NCBI RefSeq assembly: GCF_006345805.1
Contig: NC_043011.1
Coordinates: forward strand, 36,282,464 to 36,346,463
Reading direction: 5' to 3'
From: Octopus sinensis
Lineage: Eukaryota
Length of the DNA: 64,000 bases
In this document: piece by piece, positions 1-12,439 of the stretch
How positions within the stretch are numbered: the first letter of the stretch is position 1
How the letters are laid out: every line of letters starts with the position of its first letter
The notes under the pieces: model-generated
Told to the model about the DNA's origin: nothing
The model's database searches: none
Seen by the model: only the letters and a program-made list of their open reading frames with translations
Made by a program: the position numbers and the translations under genes

Positions 1-20
1 CTTGTTGTCGAGAGGGGCTC

Positions 21-112
21 CCTTTCTTTCCTGATGAGAAGATTGCATAATGCACCCTTTATTCCTTTGGAATGAGAAAATGCTGTCTTCGAAACATGTG
101 TCGAGAGTAAAG
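21..112 (+). ncRNA. Type I hammerhead ribozyme motif, canonical core (Penelope-like pLTR relic at window edge)
   Basis: Stem I CTTTC(26-30)/GAGAG(103-107), extendable with CCTTT/AAAGG. Core CTGATGA at 31-37. Stem II GAAGA(38-42)/TCTTC(86-90). Then GAAAC 91-95, loop ATGT, cleavage triplet GTC 100-102. Confidence 0.75.
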
Positions 113-445
113 GAATTTTGTTAACATCTTCGTTCGACTCCATTCTTTCATGTATTCATATACAACACACAAATTTCTACACATGAACCCGGAGTTTCTA
201 CCCTTGACAGGTCGCTTCAACCTTTTTTTCTGACGTGAATTTTGCTACCCAGGTTTCGGTTAAACGAATTTTCCATGCTGAGGATAAACATAGAATAATT
301 CATTCACCTACTATATATATATAAACACACCAGCATTGGTTGTCAAGCAACGTTGGGGGTACAAACATACACACACATACATGGGCTTCTTTCAGTTTCC
401 ATTCTACCAAATCCACTCACAAGGCTTTGGTCGACCCGAGGCATT

Positions 446-1222
446 GTTCTGGGTTCACTCTCACTGCATGCCACTTTGAGAAAGTGTCTTCCACTATTGC
501 CTCGGATCGACTAAAGCCTTGTGAGTAGATTTGGTAGAATGGAAACTGAAAGAAGCCCGTGTATGTGTGTGTATATGTGTTCGTGTGTGTATGTTTGTAC
601 TCCCAACGTTGCTTGACAACCGATGCTGGTGTGTTTACGTCACCGTTACTTAGCGGTTCGGCAAAAGAGGCCGATAGAATAAGTACTAGGCTTACAAAGA
701 ATAAGTCCTGGAGTCAATTTGTTCCACGAAAAGCAGTGCTCCAGCATGGTCACAGTCAAATGACCAAAACAACTAAAAGAATAAACAAGTATATATATAT
801 GTATATTTGTTTATTCTTTTAGTTGTGTGGTAAGTAGCTTGTTTACCATCCGCATGGTTCCGAGTTCAGTCCCACTGCGTGCACCTTGGGCAAGTGTCTT
901 CTACTATAGCCTTGGGCCGATCAAAGCCTTGTGAGTGGATTTGGTAGACAGAAACTGAAAGAAGCCCGTCGTATATATGTATATATATGTATGTATGTGT
1001 GCGTGTATGTTTGTGTGTCTGTGTTTGTCCCATCCAACATCGCTTGACAACCGATGCTGGTGTGTTTATGTCCCCGTCACTTAGCGGTTCGGCAAAAAGA
1101 GACCGATAGAATAAGTACTGGGCTTACAAAGAATAAGGACCGGGGTCGAGTTGCTCGATTAAAGGTGGTGCTCCAGCATGGCCGCAGTCAAATGACTGAA
1201 ACAAGTAAAAGAGTAAAGAGTA
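446..1222 (+). mobile_element. Two tandem tRNA-derived SINEs, family A (CORE-like; probably octopus OR/OK type)
   Basis: Head GTGTGGTAAGTAGCTTG...GAGTTCAGTCCCACTG, CORE-like CCTTGGGCAAGTGTCTT, internal (TA/TG)n, tail CAGTCAAATGACTGAAACAAGTAAAAGAG. An inverted partial copy lies at about 323-445. Confidence 0.85.
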
Positions 1223-1305
1223 ATATATGCATACATATATACATATCTGCCTATATATATGCATATATATTTATGCGCACGCACACACACACACACATAT
1301 ACATG

Positions 1306-1349
<44 letters not shown>

Positions 1350-2119
1350 CACAGACGCTCATATTTTCCTAAACATGCCTTGATATGCTATCCTATGTAT
1401 CTCTCTTTTCGACTTCTTTATAGATTTTTACTAGTTAAGTACATAACTATTACAAATTTAACATGCTTCACTCTGTAGAATTTTGCCAGGATGATGGTTT
1501 TCTTTGATAACCATGGTATAATCAATCCATTAACCATGCTCTGTTACATGAGATTCTGTCTATTGAGCAGCATAGTGCTACCAATACTGATTATTGGTTT
1601 CAAAGCGAAAGACTATTTATATTACAAAGGTGTTAGCAATATTGCTTTCCTCTAATTCGCATCTCCTCCATCTATCTCTCCCTTCCTCCCTTCCTGTCCT
1701 TCTCACGTTTGCAATCTTTCTTTTTCTCTCTCGCTCTCTCTCACCCTGTTCTTTAACTCTACCCAGACCACTTGATCGTCACTTTAGCTTGTGTTAAAAG
1801 TAAAGAGGTCTTCCACTTGACCAAGACAATCGATAGAGAATTACTTCTTCGTCAGATTAAAGAGTTACGATTATCAAAAAAAAAAAAGAAAAAAAGAAAA
1901 GAAAGCAAAAAACAAAAAAAGCATCTAAATAATGCGATAATGCGTCACTGCTTCTGAGTTTTCCAGCTTATTTACACTTGCTGTTATTAAGTTAGTAAAA
2001 GAAGGCAGGTAGCCTGTTAGTTATGGTGTTTGACCACATGATCTTGAGGTTGTGAGTTGTGAGTTCAAGAAGATTTAGTGCAGTAGTGGAAGATGGCACC
2101 ACAGACTCCATACTTCTTT

Positions 2120-2204
2120 CAGGCATCGTCGTCGTCATCATCCTCACCATCATCATCACCATCATCATCGTCATCATCATCATCGTCATCATCATCACCA
2201 TCAC

Positions 2205-2247
<43 letters not shown>

Positions 2248-2394
2248 TTTTTACCATCTTCGTAATCATCATAATCATCATTGTCATAATTACCATCATC
2301 ATCATCATTGTTGTCATCCTCCTCCTCCTCCTCCTCCTCCTCATTATCATCATCGTCATCATCATCGTCGTCATCATCACCATCACCATCCTCG

Positions 2395-2435
<41 letters not shown>

Positions 2436-2675
2436 TTCATTACCATCTTCGTAATCATCATAATCATCATTGTCATAATTACCATCATCATCATCATTGT
2501 TGTCATCCTCCTCCTCATCATCATCATCATTACCATCATCGTAATCATCGTAATCATCGTAATCATCATTATCATCATTGTCATAATTACCATCATCATC
2601 ATCGTTGTTGTCGTCATCGTCGTCTTCATTCCCCTCCTCTTCCTCCTCCTCCTCCTCCTCATCATCATCATCACT
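2120..2675. repeat. Compound (CAT)n/(CCT)n trinucleotide repeat with internally duplicated blocks
   Basis: Direct reading. The block TTACCATCTTCGTAATCATCATAATCATCATTGTCATAATTACC recurs near 2250 and 2440, and in degenerate form near 2530-2600. Confidence 0.9.
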
Positions 2676-4607
2676 TAACGAATGTTTTCCATGCTGGCAT
2701 GGGTTGGATGTTTTGACAGGATGTAAAGGTATCCCGGAGTTGGGTGGTGGCATTAAACAATGACAGATTAAGTCTACTACACTAAAAACAGGGAAAATTT
2801 CTCTGATAGGCTTCTTCATAGTTTCTTTGAAATAAATTTCATTCATAATACTTTGGTTAAAACTACAGATGTGGTGGTGGGGGGAACTTCCACCAGGGGG
2901 TTGGTAGTGAAATAAAACCCATGACTAAAAGTTGTACGGTATCTGTGATACCAACTTCACTACTGAGCCCTGTCTTCACAATTTTTACCTCTAGCAATCA
3001 TGTCATTGATCTCATTTGGTAAATGAAAAACGATAACCATTTTTTTTTTTGAAACCCTGAAAAATTTTTTTCCTTCTTTTGCTTCTATGTGTGGACAGCG
3101 TATCACACTGGGATATACAAAGCAGTATCAGCCCTTGGCTAAACCACTTATCAGAATATAAATTGTCAACTTAATCATTGATCCAAACCCTTCAAATTAA
3201 AAGAAATTCTTTTTTTTTTAAACTCAACTACCAGTTATTATTGTGATCAAAGATCATTGCTTTGATATCCTAAACAAATTATTTTCAAATAAATGAACTG
3301 GTAATTACAGGCCTGCACATTCCTAACACCACTCTCAAACTAACTCAATTTAATTCATTTCTACTCATTAATTTGTTTAATCAACCATGTTAACTACATC
3401 TATCAATTCTCGTTAGATAAATTTATAAACATACTTCTTTTTATTCAATCTCATATTGTCTTTGTTCTTTTTTTCTTTGTTTTTTAATGGATGTTTTCTA
3501 CTGTAAAGCATTTCATTGTAGTTAATATACAAAGAATATTTAAATGGTTATTACTATGAAGGCGTGGTTGTGTAATAACACAAAGAATATTAAAGCTATT
3601 AATACTTATACAGGTAAAGTCGTGAGTTGGCAGAAAAATTAACACACAGCAAAATTGTTAGTGGAATTTTGTTCGTCTTCAAATTCTGTTTGGGGTCAGT
3701 TTTGGCTTTCATCCATTCAGGGTCATTAAAATGAGTACCAGTTAAACACCGGGGAAAATGTAATTGACTTACGCCCTCCTCCCGATATTGCTGGCCTTGT
3801 ACCAAAATTTGAAACCAATATTAAAGTTATTATTACTTATACAGGTAAGGCAGTAAACTGACAGAATCATGGACATGCCAGGCAGAATGTTTAGCAGGGT
3901 TCTGTCCGTCTTTATGTTCTGAGTTCAAGTTCTACTGAGGTTGACTTTGCCTGTCATCCTTCTTTGGTCAGTAAAATAAATACCAGTGGAACACTGGGGT
4001 CGATGTAATCGACTTACTCTCTGCTCTGAAATTGCTGGCCTTGGAATCATTATTATTTATTTTATTATTTCACTTTCTATTGATGTACACGAAGAGACCC
4101 AGAACGGGTCAAAACATGTCTCGTACCAAATAAAATCTTTTATACTCATTCTATCTATTTTATTAATACTGTTATATATATATATATATATATATATACA
4201 TACATACATACTTGCATACATACATATAGCCCTAGTCTTCATTCAGTTTCCTTTCACTCAATCCATTCACAAGGGTTTGTTTTACCTGAGGTCCTCATAG
4301 AAGACTATTACCCAAGGTGCCGTGCAGTGCAACTAACCCATGGTTGGAAAAAAATAGGTTTCTTAACTATAGAGCAGTCATGTCTGCATCGACATATACA
4401 ATATGATATAATATTATATATATATATAGTACGTTTATATATTTGTTGTGCAAGATTTTTTATGTGAAGTCGTGTGTTGAAACAGATATTGTTATATTTC
4501 GGAATGGTCATTTTGCCAGTTTAGCCAATAAAAACACACCCACTATATATTTGGTGTTACTTTGCCTCAGTGTTATTTATTTTTTACATTAATCTTAATC
4601 TTATTTT

Positions 4608-4652
4608 GGCCAGAGTTCTTTCGTCACACTCCTGTGATCGCATCAGTGGTCC
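4608..4652 (-). ncRNA. Variant hammerhead-like motif in an interspersed repeat (about 4440-4800)
   Basis: Minus strand reads GGACCA CTGATGC GATCAC aggagt GTGAC GAAAG AA CTC TGGCC. Stems I, II and III form, but A9 is replaced by C. Confidence 0.4.
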
Positions 4653-4901
4653 TTTGTTTTCTTCTTTCTTATTTGTGTCTCTCTTTACTAACCGTCAGCC
4701 ATTTTGTATTTCTATTGTATGTCTTCATTTGCGCATGCTTATATCTCTATGTGTGTCTATGTTTATTTAGTGTGTGTGTGGGTGGGGGGATATATATATA
4801 AGTTCAGTAAAAATTTAGATTCAGTTGAATATGGTACTTAAGTTCAAAGCACCAGAATTTGATATGGTATTATCCATATAATTCTAAATGGGGTGATTAT
4901 A

Positions 4902-5183
4902 ATCAAAATAAGCATAAAGGATATCCAAAGGTAATGCAGTACGATCGTTTCATGCGACCCCATTTAATTAAACAATGCAAGTATTACATCAGATTTAAAA
5001 TGTAGAGTAATCTTCAGTTGCATATAAATATAGAATTTTGTTAATTAAATTCTATATTTATATGCAGCTGAAGATTGCTCTACATTTTAAAACTGATGTA
5101 ATACTTGCATTATTTAATTAAATGGAGTCGCATGAAACGATCGTACTGCATTACCTTTGGATATCCTTGTTGCTTATTTTGAT
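4902..5183. mobile_element. Fold-back palindrome (about 137-bp arms, 8-nt spacer) with mirrored hammerhead ribozymes; Penelope-like derivative
   Basis: 4902-5038 is the reverse complement of 5047-5183 with a few mismatches. Plus-strand HHR at 5062-5151: ATGCAG CTGAAGA ...GAAAC GATC GTA CTGCAT. Mirror copy at 4934-5023 on minus. Ends in (TA)n. Confidence 0.8.
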
Positions 5184-5704
5184 CATATATATATATATAT
5201 ACATTATTACATTAAGGGCTGTACCATAGGTAAAGTCACATGCTAGAAAGGGACGCCAAAATTCAAACTACTTCATCAAATATACACACACACTGAAGTC
5301 GAGGGAAGGAATAAAGAAAGATTCTTTTAAAAGGTTCAGTTGCATATCGAAACGATTTCATGGTCAGTGCTGTAACACACACTCCATTTGTCAGTGCAAA
5401 CATAACCAGAAATACATGAATATAAACACCTATACCAAACGATCACAACATATCCACAGTGCATAGACAAATGTTCACACTTATACATTCATGAAAAAAT
5501 TTCTAATTTATCTCAGAAATTTTTCTTTGTCCCTTTCCAGCATGTTGTTTTTCTTATAGTAACAACCCTTAATGTGGTAATATATTTTTTAAAATTATAT
5601 ACTTTTTATAAATTTTTTACATTTATTGGTTTTACACGCTGGCTACTTGATAGAATCTTATATAGATTTTATCCTTATATTTAATTGATAAATATTTTTT
5701 TCTT

Positions 5705-6092
5705 CTCTAGGTACAAGACCCTAAATTTTGTGGGAGGGGGCGGCCAGTCGATTTTATCGACCCCAGTAAGCAACTAGTACTTAATTTATCGATCCTGAAA
5801 GGATGAAAGGCAAAGTTGACCTCAGCGGAATTTGAACTTAGAATGTAAAGACAGACAAAATACCTATTTCTTTACTACCCACCACGGGCTAAACACAAAA
5901 GGAACAAGCAGGAACAGACAAACGGATTAAGTTGATTACATCGACCCCAGTGCATAACTGGTACCTAATTTATCGACCCCGAAAGGATGAAAGGCAAAGT
6001 CGACCTCGGCGGAATTTGAACTCAGAACATAGCGCCAGATGAAATACTTATTTCTTTACTACCCACAAGGGGCTAAACACAGAGAGGACAAA
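5705..6092 (-). mobile_element. Tandem tRNA-derived SINEs, family B (Meta/Sauria-like central domain)
   Basis: Reverse complement of GAGTTCAAATTCCGCCGAGGTCGACTTTGCCTTTCATCCTTTCGGGGTCGATAAATTAGGTACCAG...CTGGGGTCGATGTAATC, present twice. Confidence 0.85.
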
Positions 6093-6355
6093 TGAACCTT
6101 TTAAAAGAATCTTTTCACTGTTCAATCCCTTGACTTCAGAGTGTGTGACTTTAACATCCCTTTCCTCGACTTCAGAGTAGTTTGACTTTAGCGTCCCTTT
6201 CCAGCATGTGGTTTCACATGTAGTAATACCCCTTAATGTAATAATGTATTTTAAAATAATTATATACCTGATATTCATTTTTTACCTTAATTGGTTTTAC
6301 ACACTGGCTACTTGATAAAATTTTATCCTTATATCTAATTGATATATATATTCTT

Positions 6356-6745
6356 TCATTCTTTTATCCTTTTACTTGTTTCAGTCATTTACCTGTGGCC
6401 ATTCTTGAGCACCACCTTGAAGTGTTTTTGTTGAACAAACTGCCTCCAAGAATTTTTTAAAGCCTAGTACTAATTCTATTGGTTTCCCTGCCACTCTGCT
6501 AAGTTATGGAGACATAATCACACCAACACCAGTTGTCGAGTGATGATGGTGGCACAAACACAGACACAAACACATGCACACACATATATGAAAGGCTTCT
6601 TACAGTTTCCATCTGCCAAATCCACTCTCAAGGCTTTTGTTGGTCTGAAGCTATGGTAGAAGAGAATTGCCCAAAGTTCCACACTGTGGGACTGAACCCA
6701 GAACCATGGGATTATGAAGCAAGCTTCTTACCACACAGCCATGTC
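6356..6745 (-). mobile_element. SINE family A, diverged copy
   Basis: Reverse complement of the family A tail (TTTTACTTGTTTCAGTCATTT) through the head (CTTACCACACAGCC). Confidence 0.8.
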
Positions 6746-6894
6746 TATGTCCCCCCTTATACATAAATGTACACAGAAAAAGAAATCTCCATAGTGTTTG
6801 AACTGCTTTCAGACTTTGTTGGCCATGATATAAGTTTTCCCTTCCATTACTGTCAGCAACACCACTGCCATCACCAGCATCATCACCATCACAA

Positions 6895-6947
6895 TAATGA
6901 TGATGATGATGATGATGATGATACTAATAATAATAATATTGATAATC

Positions 6948-7001
<54 letters not shown>

Positions 7002-7100
7002 TTAATAATAATAATGATGATGATAATAATAATAATATTAATAATAATAATAATAACAATAATAATAATAATAATAATAATAAAAAGAAGAAGAAGAAGA
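6895..7100. repeat. (GAT)n-(AAT)n-(AAG)n compound microsatellite
   Basis: Direct reading. Confidence 0.95.
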
Positions 7101-7749
7101 TCTGTGTAAATGTGTGAGTATGCTGCATGATGAGGTGCACAAGTGGTTACTGGTAGTTAGAGGTTTTCTTTAAAAATTTGCTAAATTTTGATATGCTTTA
7201 AAAAATATAAATAAAAATAATATTTTTTTTTTATTTCAAAACCTGAAAGAATCTAGGAGGGGGTGGAATTATATTTGCAGAACAGTGGATAAGGAAGCAT
7301 AAAATATTTCCTTGGGTAGAGCAATAAAATAAAATAAAATGAAAGAAATTATAAAATACACATATTTTTCTGTTTTATTTCACTTTTGCATGCATGTGTG
7401 TATGTATATATGTGTGTGTGTGTGTGTGTTTGTGTTAATGTGTGTATCTGTTGTGTGACTTCCTCCATCCTCACTCGCTCTGCATTCCATGCACTCAAGA
7501 AAATTCACAATCTCTTTTATTTTCTAGCTTTCTCACTTTTTATCTTAAAAATAAAAAGAAACCAAACTTTTTTTTTAAGCAAGTAAGTCAGCTATAGAAT
7601 ATTTGAAATTCTTTAGCATGCTGCGTTAAGTGTGTGTATATGTATATTTCTAAATGTCTGTGTGAGTGTATGTATGTGCGAGTATGTGTTTTTGCATGCA
7701 ATTGCAAGTATGCGCGTGTTCTGTATGCATGGTGCTCATGTCTAAACAT

Positions 7750-8260
7750 CTTCATCATCATCATCATCCTCATCATTGTTTAACGTCCTCTTTCCATGCT
7801 GGCTTGAGTTGGACGGTTTGACTGAGGACTGGCAAGCCAGGAAGCTGCACCAAGCTCTAATATGATCTGGCAAGGTTTCTACAGCTGGATGCCCTTCCTA
7901 ACACCAACCACTCTGAGAGTGTAGCGGGTGCTTTTTACATGACACCGGCACAGGGGCCTGCCAGGCAGCACTGGCATTGGTGACGCTCAAATGATGCCTT
8001 TCACATTCCACTGGGACCGGAGCCAGTCAGGCAGCAATGGCATCGACCATGCTCAAATGATGCCTTTTACATGCCACAGGCACCGGAGCCAGTCAGGTAA
8101 CAATGGCATTGACCACGCTCAAATGGTGCTTTTTACATGCCACCAGCACCGGAGCCAGTAAGGCGGCACTGGCATTGACCATGCTCAAATGATGTTTTCC
8201 ACATGCCACCGGCACTGGCACCAGCCTCACTTGAAGGGTGCTTTTTGCATGCCACCAGTA
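7750..8260 (-). mobile_element. SINE family C (RTE-type tail ending in (GAT)n) with internal tandem repeats of about 60 bp
   Basis: Reverse complement of AGGAAGGGCATCCAGCTGTAGAAAC...CCAACCCATGCTAGCATGGAAAACGGACGTTAAAC(GAT)n, plus repeated GGCATTGACCATGCTCAAATGATGC units. Confidence 0.8.
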
Positions 8261-9191
8261 TAGGTGCCAAAAAACATGCATGTACATGCATATGTTGATG
8301 TATGTATACGTGCACATGTATTCACAGATATATGCATACATATACACAAATGTGATGTGTTCATGTATATACAAATACAAGTTTAGTGCCACTTATATGT
8401 ATGTTCGTATGTGAATGTATATATATATATATATATATATATACATTCACATACGAACATACAGATAAGAGGAAAAAATCTATCAGAAAACGAACTCTAA
8501 TCTCTCTTTAAAAAATATATTTTGATAAGCATAACAAATGCGCAACCGGTAAAAAGAACTTTCACCTAATTAAATTACTTAAATTATTTTGTCAGCATTT
8601 TCTTCATTTCCTTTTTATATATCACAACTCGTGTTCCACATCTCCTTTTTTAAATATATATATATATATACATATATATATCATTTAAAGTCCATTTACC
8701 ACGTTGGCATGGTTTAGATGGTTTGATGGGAGCTGGCAAGCCAGAAGACTATCTACTTTAATATGGTTTTTATGACTGAATGTTTTTCCCAATATCAAGC
8801 ACTGTACAGAGTGTACTGGGTGCTTTTTACATGGCACCAGCACTAGTGAGGTCACCTAATAACTTAAAAGACAAAGGCCCATCAACTGAGAAGGGGAGTG
8901 GTATTGAGAGAGATAGCTTTCTACTAGATGATGAACGGTTAAACTATGAGAGAGGGGCAGAAACAGATGTCTGGCTCTGGAGAAGATATATGGCTGCCCT
9001 AGTTAATATGAGAGAGTGAAAGAGAAGTGAGAGGACCCCAGGACTGAGACTGAACCTGGAACAATGTGGCTGGGAAGCAAGCTTTTTACCACACTGCTAC
9101 TCCTGTGCCTATGCTGTTTTTCATTATTTGAATTCTTCTCTTGAGGAAAGAGCTAGTCTCTAACAAACATACAAAGCTCCATCATTGGAAT

Positions 9192-9598
9192 CTCTTTTAC
9201 TTGTTTCAGTCATTTGACTATGGCCATGCTGGAGCACCACCTTTAGCCGAGCAAATCGACCCTAGGACTTATTCTTTGTAAGCCCAGTACTTATTCTATC
9301 AGTATCTTTTGACGAACTGCTAAGTTACAGTGACATAAACATACCAGCATCGTTTGTCAACAATGTTGGGGGGACAAACACAGACGCACAAACATATACT
9401 CACACATACACATATATATATACATATATACATATATACGATGGGCTTCTTTCAGTTTCCATCTACCAAATCCACTCACAAGGCTTTGGTCGGCTCGAGG
9501 CTATAGTAGAAGACACTTGCCCAAGGTACCACGCAGTGGGACTGAACCCGGAACCATGTGGTTGGTTAGCAAGCTACTTACCACACAGCCACTCCTAC
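9192..9598 (-). mobile_element. SINE family A, full length
   Basis: Complete reverse complement from tail to head (CTTACCACACAGCCACTCCT). Confidence 0.9.
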
Positions 9599-9637
9599 TC
9601 CTGTGTGGTAAGTGGAATGTAGATAACAAAAGCAATG

Positions 9638-9873
9638 TCAGATTTTTAACTTGAGAAATGTCTTGGATATTTTTGTTATTCCACTTACAGACTGTATTTG
9701 TAATGTACGAGTGGATTGATTCCCTTTTCTTAAAATCTTAGCGTACCCAGTTTGTCACTCAGGAATTTACCCCAAAAGCCACATGCACCAGATATTATTG
9801 GTATAAATGTGAATCGATAATCCAGACACAGCAGCTGGAGATTTCGAAGCAGTTGTCCATAGTTATCCTCTTG
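9638..9873 (-). pseudogene. C-terminal fragment of a restriction-like-endonuclease (RLE) non-LTR retrotransposon ORF (R4/NeSL/CRE-type)
   Basis: Manual minus-strand translation gives QEDNYGQLLRNLQLLCLDYRFTFIPIISGACGFWGKFLSDKLGTLRF*, then after a frameshift TRTLQIQSVSGITKISKTFLKLKI*. This resembles the IPIIxGAxG...LQxxSxxGTxKI pattern that ends RLE ORFs. Confidence 0.6.
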
Positions 9874-10359
9874 TATGTATATATGTATGTATATATGCAT
9901 GTGTGTGTGTCTGTGTGTATGACTGTGTGTGCATGTGTATGCATATCTTCATGTATGTGCATGTGTTGTTAAGCTCCAGAATGTCAAGGATTAAGAATCT
10001 ACAGCTAAGACATTCAAACTATGATTATTCTGTCTTGTGTTCTGTAAACTGTGTTTTCAAGACAATACAATGTTATTCATTATAAATTTTCATCTTTATA
10101 ACGACAAACATAATATATAATTAATACATGTACATATTTTCTGAAGCTTCACTTAATTAATCTTACTTATAAAATATATATACCAACAAAATCAAAAATG
10201 ATATTTTATATACTACAAATGAATGTTAATATAACTTCAGTGAAAAAAAAAATTATTAACAATACTAAACTGAAGCTGGTTATTGAAAACATTCATAATT
10301 GGTTAACGATCTTTTTCAACTGTGATGTGAACATTGCCGTCTGTTATTTCCTTGCATAG

Positions 10360-10983
10360 ATTGTATGTATGTATGCATGTATATATGTATGTATATATGT
10401 ATGTAATATATGTATGTATATATGTATGTATGTATTTATATATGTATGTATGTATGTATGTATGTAGGTATGTATATATGTATGCATTTATGTATGTATT
10501 TATGTATGTATGCATGTATATATGTACATATGTATGTATATATGTATGTAGGTATGTATGTATGTATATATATATGTATGTATGTATTTATGCATGTATG
10601 CATGTATATATGTATATATGTATGTATATATGTATGTATGTAGGTATATATGTATGTATTTATATATGTATTTATGTATGTATTATATGTGCATGCATAT
10701 ATATATGTGTGTGTATATATGTGTTTATGGCGTATGTATTTGTGCACGTATGTGTACATGTATGCATGTATGTGGATGTGTATGTGCTTGTAAGTAATGC
10801 ATATATGTTCAAGTATTTGCATATATGTGTGTGTGTATACATGCACATATATAAATATGTATATATATAAATATATATATATGAATATATATATGTATAT
10901 ATATCTATATCTATTTATATATATGAATATATATAATATATGATATATTAATATACATATTTATACATATATATATATATATA

Positions 10984-11018
<35 letters not shown>

Positions 11019-11020
11019 CG
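10360..11020. repeat. (TATG)n/(TA)n microsatellite tract
   Basis: Direct reading. Confidence 0.95.
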
Positions 11021-11404
11021 TATAGGAAATATGAGTCTGTGTATGATATAGTTAGAAACATATATTTATTCGTAGATAAAGTTAATAGAAATTTATGTGT
11101 CTTTGGTTGTTTGGTATTGACAAAGATTATGTTGGTGATGGGGAAGTCGGTCTGGGCAATGTGACGTCAGTGACTACCAAACTGAGAAAGAAGCGACACC
11201 AGATAGAAAAAGAAAGAAAATTTGCAAACAAAAGCAATAGATATTTTTTTTTTATTATTAAATAACAATAATAATAATAATAAAAATATATATATGAAAT
11301 ATATTCAAATAAATATAATGTAATAATATAATATATGTCATGGAATCATATGTATTATGTGTGTGTGTTTGTGTAAATGCAATATATATATGTATATATG
11401 TGTC

Positions 11405-11451
<47 letters not shown>

Positions 11452-11546
11452 ATGTAGATAGATAGAAAGATAATTATATATAGATATGTAAATGTAATAT
11501 ATGTATATGAAAATGTAATAGATATATATGTATACAATATATATAT

Positions 11547-11578
<32 letters not shown>

Positions 11579-11745
11579 TGCACACACATATATATATACA
11601 TATATATAGTTGAAATTTAAAGAAAAACCAAAGATGAAGACAAGTATCTGAACAACAAGTAGGTTTATTAGTTTATATACATACATATGTCTATATCTAT
11701 ATATCTATATATATATATATATCTATATATATATATATACATATA

Positions 11746-11798
<53 letters not shown>

Positions 11799-11893
11799 AA
11801 TAATGAAGGGTGAAATTATTAATTTGGAATAATTATCAATTACACCAAGTAGTCTTCGGCATGTAAAAGCCTCATTCGAGGAAAATTTAAGTA

Positions 11894-12133
11894 ATACTAA
11901 GCAATAAGGGTTTAGCAACGAATTGCCTTACCACATACCGAATTTAGAAATAGCAGTCAAAGGGTTATAGCTATTTCTTCTACTAAAAAGGGAGATCTCA
12001 GTAAAAACAGCAATTGCTGTTTTTACTGAGATCTCCCTTTTTAGTAGAAGAAATAGCTATAACCCTTTGACTGCTATTTCTAAATTCGGTATGTGGTAAG
12101 GCAATTCGTTGCTAAACCCTTATTGCTTAGTAT
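11894..12133. repeat. 240-bp palindrome with no spacer, perfect by eye, inside a (TA)n-flanked insert (11794-12133)
   Basis: Centre CAGCAA|TTGCTG at 12013/12014. The two 120-bp arms read as exact reverse complements. Confidence 0.9.
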
Positions 12134-12439
12134 ATATATATATATATATATATGTCTCTCTCTCTATATATATGCATGTATGTATTCACATACATTCACA
12201 ATTAAGTGAGTAAATAAATGAAAGAACATACATCTCCATGAATATATTTTGTATGTATTACTTATGCTTCAAACTACTTTTTGATTCAACTCCACATCAC
12301 TTGAAGTTTCATGAACACATGAGGTACATCCATCTCGTTTGATGCGAAGCATGGATGTATCCTACACACAAGCACACACACGAAACTCTGAGTCATTACG
12401 TGCTGAGTTTAATTAGTACTATATATATATATATTCTTT

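Noticed and set aside
1992-2846. 284-aa acidic ORF on the minus strand
   Set aside because: The D/E/M runs come from the (CAT)n repeat, and part of the N-terminus (SNPCQHGK) is the family C SINE tail.
7950-8260. Regularly spaced repeats resembling a CRISPR array (also at 23050-23230 and 34630-34920)
   Set aside because: The units are contiguous tandem repeats inside family C SINEs, with no unique spacers and no cas genes, in a eukaryotic context.
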